64,000 nucleotides of DNA from an uncultured Planctomycetota bacterium (lineage in GTDB: Bacteria; Planctomycetota; Planctomycetia; Isosphaerales; Isosphaeraceae). Where the stretch lies: assembly GCA_963823665.1 (NCBI GenBank), contig CAWGMQ010000007.1:928001-992000 (forward strand), given 5' to 3'. The position numbers and the translations under genes are program-made. Shown here one piece after another: positions 30,514-40,145 of the stretch. Under the pieces are notes generated by a model. It saw only the letters and a list, made by a program, of their open reading frames with translations. It searched no databases and had not been told where the DNA came from. How positions within the stretch are numbered: the stretch's first letter is position 1; every line of letters starts with the position of its first letter.

Positions 30514-32524
30514 TTGCGTCAGGAAAAGCTCGAGAAAGGAGGAAGTGCCTCGAAACACAGAAACCTTTCATCGCGACCCTGCGGGTTAACGAATCCCGCC
30601 CGGCAGAGCCTGGCCGGCAGCCGGAAGCAAGTCTTGCGTGGGGAGGGGTGACCCTCACTGCGAAGCGTAGACAGCGAGTCTCCATGCCATGCTATCGAGC
30701 CCCGAAATACTCATCGTGGGAGCCTCCGTTGTAGACACAAGCGGGGGCCGTGTCGACACGCCGCAATGGCCTGGCGTGTTCGGTCCTGCCGGGGTCCAAG
30801 AACATGGCGCAGGGACGCGAGGGTTGCTCGGGAACCTGAGAGCCCCATCCGTCTCCACTGACATTTCCGGCTCGGGATCCGGAATACCAACTCCCCGGCC
30901 CACGACCTCGCGTCGGGTCGCTGGGAGCGAACAGGACGCAAGGGTGGTATCGCCACACGAAGGCAACGAAGTGCGGCGAAAGGGGCGGATGGGAGTCGGA
31001 GCGTCTCGTAGTACCGTTGAAGCCGGGGAACCACTCCGAGGGACCCGGTGGAGGGAAGGAGACGCCATGTCACACAACCGTTGGAGGGAAACATGGCGGG
31101 TGCATCGGAACCCGTGGACGTGTCCACGAAACAACAACGGATAGCGGAACTCGCTCGGCGAAGCCCGGAGATGGGATTCACATCCCTGGGGCACTTCATC
31201 GACCTCGATTGGCTGCTCACAGCTTACTACCGGACCCGCCAAGACGGGGCGGTGGGCGTAGACGGACAAGATGGCGAGGCCTACGCAGCGAACCTGGTCC
31301 CGAACCTACGGTCGCTGCTGGAACGAGCCAAGTCCGGTACGTACCACGCACCGCCTGTGCGGCGAGTGCATATCCCCAAGGCAGGCTCAGCGACCGAAAC
31401 CCGGCCACTGGGAATCCCGACCTTCGAGGATAAAGTGCTCCAGCGTGCTGTCGTGATGGTTCTGGAGGCGATATACGAGCAGGACTTCAAGAACTGCTCG
31501 CATGGCTTCCGGCCCGAGCGATCGGCACACACTGCGTTAGAGAGCCTGTGGCAACAGACGATGAACATGAAGGGCGGATGGGTAGTGGATGTGGACATTC
31601 GTAAGTTCTTTGACACGATTGACCACGGCCATCTACGCGACTTCCTCAAGCGTCGGGTGCGAGACGGAGTGCTGCTCCGGCTCATCGGCAAATGGCTCAA
31701 TGCGGGCGTCTTCGAGAACGGGTGCGTTACGCACCCCGAAATGGGGTCGCCACAAGGGGGTGTGATCAGCCCGATCCTTTCGAATATCTTCCTGCACTAC
31801 GTGCTGGACGAGTGGTTCGAGCGGGAGGTTCAGCCTCGGATGATGGGCAGATCGTTCTTGATCCGCTATGCGGACGACTTCGTCATGGTCTTCTCATGCG
31901 AGTCCGACGCACGGCGTGTGATGAATGTGTTGCCCAAACGCTTTGAGAAGTACGGCTTGACCATCCACCCGGACAAGACGCGGCTGGTGCCGTTCGAGCG
32001 GCCATCGGACCGTCCCAAACCGGAAGGCAGACCCACACGAACTCCACCAGGGACTTTCGACCTGCTGGCGTTCACCCATTACTGGGGTCGCTCCCGGCAG
32101 GGTCGCTGGGTGGTGAAGCGCAAGACGTCCAAAAGTCGATTTCGCCGCAGCCTGCGAACGTTGGCGGATTGGTGTCGCAAAAATCGCCATCAACCGCTCA
32201 AGGTGCAGCACCGGATACTAGGTCAGAAACTGCTAGGCCACTATGCCTACTACGGAATCACCGGCAACTCCAAAATGTTGTCACGGTTTCGCAGTGGTGC
32301 CACCTGGCTCTGGCAGCACTGGCTGTCGCGCCGCGGCGCGGCCGTCGGATGACGTGGGATCGGTTCGCTCGTTTCCTGAAGCATAAACCGCTTCCGGCAG
32401 CGATCGCGATCCACTCGGTATGCCGTCTCGTAGCGAACAAGTGACATGACGAGCCGGGTGCCTGAATTGGGCAAGCCCGGATCTGTGGGAGCCTTGGGGG
32501 AGCGATCCCCCAAGGCGACCCGGC
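30514..32524 (+). mobile_element. Group II intron
   Basis: 5' TTGCG; domain V GAGCCGGGTGCCTGAATTGGGCAAGCCCGGATC at 32451; domain VI hairpin ending CGACCCGGC; EBS1-like AGACAC at 30733 complementary to the 5' exon GTGTCT. Confidence 0.92.
31093..32444 (+). CDS. ltrA: Group II intron reverse transcriptase/maturase without endonuclease domain (frameshift near 32340)
   Basis: GVDG, RPLGIP, GFRP, DIRKFFD, GSPQGG, RYADD, GHYAYY maturase X motif. Confidence 0.93.
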
Positions 32525-32809
32525 GCCTTCCCTTGTTAACATCAATCTTTGCGGTTTCCCTCATCACTTAACATGCAAGAAGTATGCCCCCAAAAGATCG
32601 TCGATCTCACGCACCTGTTGCAAGACTTCGTTTGCAGTTGGGAGTCGACCTAGAAGTTGAAATCGAATACGAAATAGGGTCCAAAGATCATTTATCTTAT
32701 CATGAACGTTCCCCGCAACGGCAACTAGATTGCCTGGGTTGTTGTATTCCCGCGAGGAAGACCTGTTCGCTGCCCTCGATAAAGCAATCGCGCAGAGGTC
32801 GAAAGAGGT

Positions 32810-32916
32810 GGGAGCCACGGACAGTTGATACGCCAGATCGTCCTGAGAAAGCCCCGCTCGATCGCTCGGCTCATGCCGATCGCCGGCTTAATCCGTTGAT
32901 GGGTGTCTGGAATCCC
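32810..32916. mobile_element. Short non-coding unit ending in the transposon end motif
   Basis: GGGTGTCTGGAATCCC at 32901-32916; weaker left motif GGGAGCCACGGACAG at 32810. Confidence 0.55.
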
Positions 32917-32939
32917 TTGAAGCTCACGACTGTGCCGGA

Positions 32940-33744
32940 TTATCGCTTGCGCTTGCGAGCGCGAAGACGCCCCGCATCACGAAGAAGTTGCGCTGTCCAA
33001 CGTGCCGCGGCCGGCGGTAGGGGCGGTTGCGGAGCTTGAGTGTAATCGATGTCGTCGTAGCCGCCATTCTGATAGCACTGCTCAATTAGAGCTTGCAAGT
33101 CGAGCGGAACGTCGGAGTCAGTCGCCCGCAATGGCACTTTGATCGTGGGCAGCCGATCGGACAGGGCGATGGGGTGGTACTCTGCCTGCAAGCGCCGCCC
33201 GCCCCGGCGCACAACCACCCGATACTCGGTAAGCACATTCGGCTCAATCGCATCCATCGGCAGTGCGACGACCCAGTCGCCCCCACGCAACAAGTCGATC
33301 TCCACGAGATTCACACCCGCCAGACGGAGCTCCTGCTGCTTCCGTAAGTACTGTTCTTGGCCGTCGCCGGGCCTTTTGTTTGAAGGACTCAAGACCTCCA
33401 AGACGGTCACGAGTCGCGAATCGGACGAGACTTCTCGTATCTCGAGGAACCGCTGAGTCTCGGGCTCATCGGCCAGCTCGATCACGAGCGGCTGGGCAAC
33501 GGCTATGCTGCCGGCGCGTCCGGCCGCTCGCCTCGATGTGCGCTCCGTTTCGATGACGCGCACGTCGGGGAAGAGCGAGCGGGGGCGGTCAAACAGCGAA
33601 ACAACCACTCGCTCTTCAACCCTGGCGCAAATACCTGGGCAGCAGCGTTTGCAACCGGTCGCGCGCATATGTTACCAAACTGGTGTGAACATCACCCCAG
33701 TATCGCTCCAGGTAAGGGTCCATACCGGGAAAGGGACTGGGCAC
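32940..33744 (-). CDS. DUF4058-like (PD-(D/E)xK-related) protein, frameshifted near 33640
   Basis: MPSPFPGMDPYLE start, EVLSPSNK, LVEIDLLRGG, PLDLQAL. Confidence 0.8.
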
Positions 33745-34084
33745 TTGAATCCTCACGGAAACCGCTGATACGAAACGAGCGAACACACGATTTGACCCCT
33801 CGTGGGCGAATTGTGCCCAGTCGGAAGTGACGGGAGCGTCGCCGCAAACCGATCACACCAGAGCATTCGAACCATTGTTGAGTACCTCTGGCAAGCATCC
33901 GGCCGAGCACCGCTCGTACCAACCAGATTCTAAGCGAGTTTAGCACGTATTGCCAACGCTGGTGCCCAGATCGTTGGCAAGAAGATGTGACGGACTGCGA
34001 GCTCCGAGTTCCTCACCCGAATCCGCCGACCAAACCGACGACAAGCTCGAAGCACGATGCGTGTCCTGGCCCTTCTGGACCGGG

Positions 34085-34303
34085 TTAGAACTTCGGGGCC
34101 GCCTCGACCCGGACCAGGACATCCAGGCTCACCGCCTGGCACACCCGGGTCCCGTCCCAGCGCACGTAGACCATGCCCGCGCGAGGCCCGTCTGGCCGGG
34201 CAAGCCCGACCACGGTCCCGGGCCGTTCGGCGGTGCGGCCGTGGCGCGAGCTGGTCGCGAATGCGGCCAGGTCCAGGGTTACGCGGTCGCCTCTGTCGAA
34301 CAT
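34085..34303 (-). CDS. Small hypothetical protein, possibly SH3/KOW-like barrel
   Basis: MFDRGDRV...GTVVG...VYVRWD pattern. Confidence 0.55.
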   Translation of the reverse strand: MFDRGDRVTLDLAAFATSSRHGRTAERPGTVVGLARPDGPRAGMVYVRWDGTRVCQAVSLDVLVRVEAAPKF

Positions 34304-34329
34304 GGGCGGGGTCCTGGGCTGCGTTAGCG

Positions 34330-34587
34330 TTTGGGAGAGCGGCATCTGCTTCGCAGTGATGTCCCTGAAGACGAAAGGTGTTAGGATCCATCTCAAGCGC
34401 GTGCATTCTCATGCCTACCTCAGGTTTATCGGCTATAAATGGCATTTCCGTGAGTGCCGAAAGAGCCAAGAGGTGATTTCCATAATCTGGGTGGCCAGCT
34501 TGAATGTGCCGAAGTTCATGGCCGAGCAGAAAGATCATGCAATCCCATGCGAGATACTCGGTCACGAGTTGACGAACGGCGTCAGTA
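34330..34587 (-). pseudogene. Internal fragment of an HExxH metallopeptidase gene
   Basis: FLLGHELRH and later EAD; no start codon; abuts the end motif at 34588. Confidence 0.5.
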
Positions 34588-34738
34588 GGGATGTCAGACA
34601 CCCACCGTTTGCCGAGTGTCGGGCACTGGCCTTCTGCGTGTTCGAAATGACCAGAAGCCGTGGTTTTGCACCGAACGAGCGAGCCGCGAATGAGTGGATG
34701 CGGAGGACCGTGACAAAAGGATGGGTGACTGGATTCCC
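34588..34738. mobile_element. 151-bp miniature element with inverted end motifs
   Basis: GGGATGTCAGACACCC ... GGGTGACTGGATTCCC (12/16 complementary); left end continues ACCGTT like the end at 39720-39741. Confidence 0.7.
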
Positions 34739-35024
34739 TTGCTCGCAAGCCTCGTCAAACTTGCCCCCCATCGCATCAAGAACCGCGAGATCATTCTGAA
34801 CGAGCGCCCGAAGCCGGGGGTTCGTGCCCCTCGCAAAACCGCGCCAGCCGCAGATACGCTGCCCGAGCGTCATCATATCGCCCCTCGCGCGCCAGCTCGC
34901 AAGCCTTCCAATACCCAGCCGGCAGGCCATTCCTGGCACGGCCCGCCTCGCCATCGCCCTTGGCCACCCGCGGCTCCTTCGCCTTCTTCTCACCCCGCCC
35001 AGATGCCTTCCCGCGCTTAGACAT
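34739..35024 (-). pseudogene. 5' fragment of a TPR-like protein gene, cut at the miniature element
   Basis: LAREGRYDDARAAY and QNDLAVLDAMGGKFDEA TPR-like helices; coding character stops at 34738. Confidence 0.5.
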
Positions 35025-35216
35025 CGCCGCCCCCGACCAACTCTGGATTCTAGGTTGCCGAGCTCAAGCTGCGATTCGGTCCGACTCCGTGGCGCCTTCG
35101 TGATCCCCTTCGGCATCGCCCGGGTCAGCGACGATTCAGACCCAGCTCGGCCCGCGCTCGACCCGCTCCTCTCCTTCGCCCGAATTCATTCGTGAAGATT
35201 CGTGCCATTCGTGGTC

Positions 35217-35470
35217 AACCAGCATTTCATACCCGCACATTCCCGACGCCCTCGCACCTTCCTCGCCCGTGTCATCTCATCTGCGTCCCATCGGCGTCAT
35301 CTGCGGACAAATCTCCGGTCCCTCGTCGTTCCCCTATCTCCGTTCAACGCGATCCGTGATTAACCAGCATTTCATACCCGCACCTTTCCGACGCCCGCGC
35401 ATCTTCCTCGTCTTTGTGATCTTATCTGCGTCCCATCGGCGTCATCTGCGGATAAATCTCCGGTTCGCCC
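35217..35470. repeat. Two diverged copies of a roughly 145-bp intergenic unit
   Basis: AACCAGCATTTCATACCCGCAC and ATCTGCGTCCCATCGGCGTCATCTGCGGA each occur twice. Confidence 0.75.
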
Positions 35471-35519
35471 ATCGCTTTCCCATCCCCGTCTAACAAATGA
35501 TCCGCCATCGTCCGTTCGC

Positions 35520-35903
35520 TCAAGTCGGTCCATTCGGTGGAGCAGGCCAGTGCGCCAGCGCATCCTTGAGCGCCCCGATCGCCAGTGCCGGGCAATGCAG
35601 CTTATCCGGCGGCACGCCATCCAGCGCCTCGATCAGATTCTCGACCGTCAAGTCCCGGCATTCCGCGATCGATTTCCCATTGATCATCTCCGTCAGCATT
35701 GATCCACTCGCGGTCGTCGGCCCGCAACCCACTGTGTGGTACTTCGCAGCCGCGATTCGCTCGTCCTCAATCCTCAAATAAACGATCATGAACGCCCCGC
35801 GGCCTGGCGCACCAGCATGGCCGGTCAGGTCGGGGTTCTCGATCGCCCCGCCGTTGCGAGGGGCCATCACGTGCTCAGTGAGCCTGTCGGAGTACTTCCC
35901 CAT
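35520..35903 (-). CDS. IscU/NifU N-terminal-like protein lacking the first Cys ligand
   Basis: YS..L.EH..PRN.G, GCGPTTASGSML, K.HC; GAPGRG in place of GxPxCG. Confidence 0.8.
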   Translation of the reverse strand: MGKYSDRLTEHVMAPRNGGAIENPDLTGHAGAPGRGAFMIVYLRIEDERIAAAKYHTVGCGPTTASGSMLTEMINGKSIAECRDLTVENLIEALDGVPPDKLHCPALAIGALKDALAHWPAPPNGPT

Positions 35904-36022
35904 GTTCGGCGCTCACGCACCGGGACCCTTGAACCCAAGCCTCGTCGAATTATGTTGAAAAGACGTCTGACCGCCTGAACGGCCATTGCGCCGCCGGGCC
36001 GCCGGGGCCGACAGAGCCGTCC

Positions 36023-36364
36023 TCAGCCCTCTCGCTGCTCGCGCCATCGGTACACATGCACCGGCCGGCCGTCTTTGGACGCCGCCCGCAGTTCGCCGGT
36101 CTGGGGATCGGGCTCGACCACAAGATAGCGCACGGGGTTGTCGCGGAACAGCTCGGTCGTACCGTCCGGCTGGGTGACGACGTACAGGCCCCTGGTGCGG
36201 TCGTGGTCGAAAGAAAAATGCCTGGGAGCTTCTCGAACCTCGTAGGTGCATGTGACCACTCCGGGCGTCGCCTCGTAGCAGACAGGATCCGGCCATCTTG
36301 CCGGCGCGTCGGCCCCGCCTGGATCCATGGGCCGACGGCCTTCGGCGTCAAATTCGGAATTCAT
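36023..36364 (-). CDS. Hypothetical protein
   Basis: GGAGG upstream; globular-looking product. Confidence 0.55.
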   Translation of the reverse strand: MNSEFDAEGRRPMDPGGADAPARWPDPVCYEATPGVVTCTYEVREAPRHFSFDHDRTRGLYVVTQPDGTTELFRDNPVRYLVVEPDPQTGELRAASKDGRPVHVYRWREQREG

Positions 36365-36589
36365 TGCGGGCACCTCCAGAGAAACGGGTCAACGGAACGA
36401 GTGTGAAAAAGAAACGTCGCGCTAACACTCTCTTCCTGGCTGAGGGGAACAGGGACGCGGGAGCGAAACAAAGACGCGATCATTTCGTCTATGAATCTGA
36501 CTGCCGGCTGGAATCCGCGTAATTAGATTGTCGCCTCGGTCGCCGATTCGCTCGCTTTCCGCGGGCGGCCTTCAGGAGAAACGGTCTGC

Positions 36590-36742
36590 TCCAGGGCGAG
36601 ATGTTGCCGCAGGTGAGCCTCATCATCACACGCTCGAACGCCTCAAAGTCGGACTCCTTGTGGAACATACGCATCTCGCCGACGGATCGGTTCAGGACGT
36701 CATAGACAGACCCCCAGGTGCTACTCTCGCCGTTCTTGGCAT
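36590..36742 (-). pseudogene. N-terminal remnant of a second RAYT/Y1 transposase family
   Basis: MPRTARVAPGG then VYDVLNRSVG...F...DFEAF (frameshifted), truncated before the HUH motif. Confidence 0.7.
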
Positions 36743-36807
36743 GACAACATCCGCCTGCAGAACTGACGGGTTCCGTCAATACTAATCGAGTCGCTGTTTC
36801 CGTCCGA

Positions 36808-37595
36808 TTAAAGGAGATTGTTGCCCACGTAGGCCCTTATCTGGATTCCAGGTATCGCATCAAGAAGGGCCCTTACTCCGGCTTCAGTCACACGCGTCTC
36901 CGTTACGTCTAGGGTCCGCAGGTTGCTGAGAACCCCTCAAATGGAGCAGACCTGCATCGCTGACCTCAGTGTCGCTGAGGTCTAGCTCGCGGAGATTAGT
37001 CAGTCCCTTCAGGTGCACCAATCCCGAATCCTTGATTCTGGCCGAGAACCAGAACGAGCTGTTGCAGTTGGGTCAATCCACGCAGATGAATCAAGCCCGC
37101 GTCAGTGACGTTGCTCCCATAAAGCAGAATCCGTTGCAGACTCGTCAGCCTATTCAGATGAACGAGGCCGGCGTCCGAAACCGACGACGCCCTGATTTTC
37201 AACTCGACTAATCCGGTCAGTCGACCGACAGGGATCATATCGTTGTCGGTAAACGTGAGCGAATGAGTTAGCCATCCCATCTGCTCAACGGCCACGGCGG
37301 TGTCGAAGTAGTCGACTCCAAGTGCATTGATTAGCCATCGTGGAGCCCGAGACTCGCTGATCCAACTGCGTGAGGCAGTCCCCTTTTTGTACTGCCATCC
37401 GTACCAGACACTGCCATCGGCTCTCCGGATCGCATCTACCGCGTCGCGCTGGACTCGGGCACAATGGACCATCCACCCAAACCCGCCCCCCAGTATCAGA
37501 ACGAGCAGAACGAACGCGCCGATGCTGATCTGGAAGTAACTTCGCCAGTAACCAGTCGCCTGCTGCGCGCGCATCATACCGCCTTCACTGACCAC
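36808..37595 (-). CDS. Membrane-anchored leucine-rich repeat protein (frameshifted)
   Basis: N-terminal TM; VSDAGLVHL, VTDAGLIHL, DSGLVHLKGL repeats. Confidence 0.8.
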
Positions 37596-38363
37596 TAAAT
37601 CACAGTTTCGGGGACGCTCTGCTTACTTGGACGGCCGTCGGCTCGGTCCGCGTTTGTGCCGTTTGACGGTTGTGTTCAGTATTCTTCGGGCCAGGCCAGA
37701 AAGATTACTTGGTCGTGCACTCTGCCCGTTTGTTGGTGACCACGCATCAGTTCCACTTCTACCTCCGGAATGACGATCGCAACGAAGACAAACCGGTGGG
37801 CGCTAAGTCGAAGAGAGGGACTCAGGGACTCAAGGGACTCAGACACCCACTCACTGGAGTGGGTTCCGGGGAAGGCGGACGCAGGTGAGTGGCACCGATT
37901 CGCGTACCTCGGTTGCTGGGTGACCCGCGGCCCTTCGCGGCCGACGCCGCGCACAGTAGGCAATGTACCACGCTCAGTCAGCGATCGTACGCGCTTGGGT
38001 AGGTTGCCGGCCACTGCACGCGTCGAAGATGCAAAGACACCCACTCACTGGAGTGGGTTCCGGGGAAGGCGGACGCAAGTGAGTGGCACCGCTTCAGGTA
38101 CCGCGATTGCTGGGTGACTCGCGGCCCCTCGCGGCCAACGCCGCGCACAGCAGACGCTGACCACGCTCGGTCAGCGATCGTATGCGCCTTGGTAGGTCGC
38201 CGGCGCTTGCATGTGTCGGTGCTGCGAACCGATCGATATCGACGGCGGTGCTTCTTCGCTTGCCGCGCCGCGCAGGGAACGAGGCTCGCCGACCTCGAAT
38301 TCAATTGAATTCCGGGTCCGTTGCACCGACTGGCGCTCGGGAGAGAGCGAGCGAGCCTCTTAC

Positions 38364-39580
38364 CTACAAAAACGCGAGTTGAGCGGCCGCCTTGCCCTGA
38401 AACCAGCGCCGTGAGCAACGCAGTGCAGCACGTATAAGCGAACTCGCTCGACCTGCCGCTTGCTTGAACATGCGACCGAAGTCGCGCACCGTCTCCACCC
38501 AATTCGTTCGATCCACTCCCAGCCGGTCCAGAATGGGAGCCAGGTCTTCCGCAATTGCCCCGCGCTTGTCCCGCCTGATTTCCCGGCCCGTCGATCGAGC
38601 AGCATGACGTACTTTCTGGTCTCGATCGGCAGAAATCCTTGATTCGACGCCCGCACAGGGAGCGGCCGTTTTGACGCCGCCTGGAGCGGCACGGCCGAAA
38701 ACGTGGCTGAAGAACCAGCAGGTGCCCGACGCCCCGCAGCATCGACATGGTCACCCGCGATCGGTTCGCACGCCTCAACCGTTTCTGAGGATGCAGCCGG
38801 CGAGCCTTCGGCCTGCCTGGTTATGGGAACGACCTCGTTCTCCCGCAACGTCAGTTCGCACAGCCAGGGACCCGCGCGATTGGAAGTTTCAGTTGAGCCT
38901 TCCTCGCGCGATGAACACAATCCACCCGGAGCGCCGACCAGGTCCAGAATGCGGTCAGCCCCCGACGTGAATTGCGATTTCTCCGGCGTAGTGGCGATTC
39001 CCGCCCGAATCGGGTTGAGATCGATATAGACGCTGCACGCCAAAAGCGCCGCCTCATCGAGCAGCGGCTGCGACTTGAAGCGGCCGGCCCAGAATCTCCC
39101 GGGCGAGTCGTCCTCGCGATTGGCCGCTCGGGCGACCCACTCGCACAAGCACCTCATGAACCACGACAGACTCGACAGCCGGCCGCGCTGAGCCGCCAGC
39201 CTCTCAGCATCGCCCATGAGCATCGCAAGGTCTTGGTCGTCGGGCTCCGCCGGCTCGCCGGTGACATCGTCACGTTGCGGACAGAGCTTGCGCCAGCGTA
39301 GTGCGACTTCGGCGTCGGACCAAAGCTCAACACTGTCGGGTCGATTGCGAAGCACCAGATGCAGGTGGTTACTCATAATGGCATAACCGCACACCTCAAC
39401 GCCGAAGAGTCCGGCGAGGTGGCGCAGCCGATCGAGAATCCACGCCTTACGGTGAGAGTAATCACGACCTGAATAGCAGTCGGTACCGCAAAGAAAAGCT
39501 CTTCGAACCCACCGAGCGATGCAGTGATAAACACCGACTTGATCCTCGTGGACGATGTCGCGGCGAGCAGAGGCTGGCAC
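38364..39580 (-). CDS. RAYT-like HUH/Y1 transposase (one frameshift near 38590)
   Basis: YHCIAR.VRRAFLCG, MSNHLHLVL (HUH), GRFWAGRFKS, YIDLNPIRAG; GTG after GGAG. Confidence 0.88.
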
Positions 39581-39644
39581 GTAAGGCTCCATCACCAGGC
39601 AGGTGTAGTACGTCAGGTGCATATCCACACGAACAGTAATGGAC

Positions 39645-39672
39645 AAAATACCAATACTGCGGCGGTTGTCAA
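39645..39672 (-). promoter_or_regulatory. Putative sigma70 promoter of transposase 2
   Basis: TTGACA-16 nt-TATTTT. Confidence 0.65.
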
Positions 39673-39751
39673 GCGTGTTGGGAAAAAAAGTCGACAGCAC
39701 ACACGTTCTACTCGAAGCGAACGGTGGATGTCTGGCTTTCCTTGCGCGCAC

Positions 39752-40054
39752 TCGCACGATGCCGGTGAGCTGGTGGTCACTGCACGCGGCAACCGGCTGG
39801 TGGCACCGGCGGGGTGGGAATCTGCAAACGCGCTGGTGATTCCTGCGGCGGATTACAACGGGGGGCGGGTGCAGAACCGCAAGCTGGCGCTTTCGGATGA
39901 CGGTGCGGACGCGCGGGCGACCTCGCGCACGGCGGGCAAGAAGCCAGGGACTCGCGCGCTGAGTGGCTTGGGCGGTTCGGGGACCGCGGGCGGCTCACCG
40001 CTCGTTGAAGTCGTCAATCACCCGTCGGTTGTTCGGACGTCTCAATCAGCGTAA
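39752..40054 (+). pseudogene. Orphan diverged copy of the 3' end of the beta-helix gene
   Basis: SHDAGELVVTARGNRLVAPAG...ALVIPAADYNGGRVQNR matches 25988-26170. Confidence 0.85.
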
Positions 40055-40145
40055 GCTACGTCTCTTGACCGTATCATCGTCCTGACGCGGTGAACGGGCA
40101 CGTTTCGCCCGACGCTTAACGCTTGCGGACAAACCGAGGATCTGA

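Larger units (their letters stand above)
28970..32532 (-). mobile_element. HUH/Y1 transposase element 1 (non-autonomous; right end split by group II intron)
   Basis: Left end GGGAAGCCAGACATCC; right end GGGTGTCT|GCCTTCCC reconstituted after removing the intron. Confidence 0.8.
37817..39741 (-). mobile_element. HUH/Y1 transposase element 2
   Basis: Left end GGGACTCAGACACCC with two short stutter copies and a duplicated 200-bp tail; right end GGATGTCTGGCTTTCC. Confidence 0.82.
26201..39751. mobile_element. Genomic island of about 13.5 kb
   Basis: Bounded by diverged direct copies of the beta-helix gene 3' end (25988 and 39752); contains transposases, a group II intron, gene fragments and AT-richer patches. 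Confidence 0.7.

Noticed and set aside
31093..32444. DGR, retron or defence-associated reverse transcriptase
   Set aside because: Maturase X domain, ribozyme domains V/VI and an EBS/IBS match identify a group II intron.
33730..33822. Inverted repeat GACTGGGCAC/GTGCCCAGTC as a mini-element
   Set aside because: The left arm is simply the conserved MPSPFPG start of the DUF4058-like gene.
25988..39940. DGR template/variable repeat pair
   Set aside because: Differences between the two copies are largely third-position changes of all base types, not adenine-specific.
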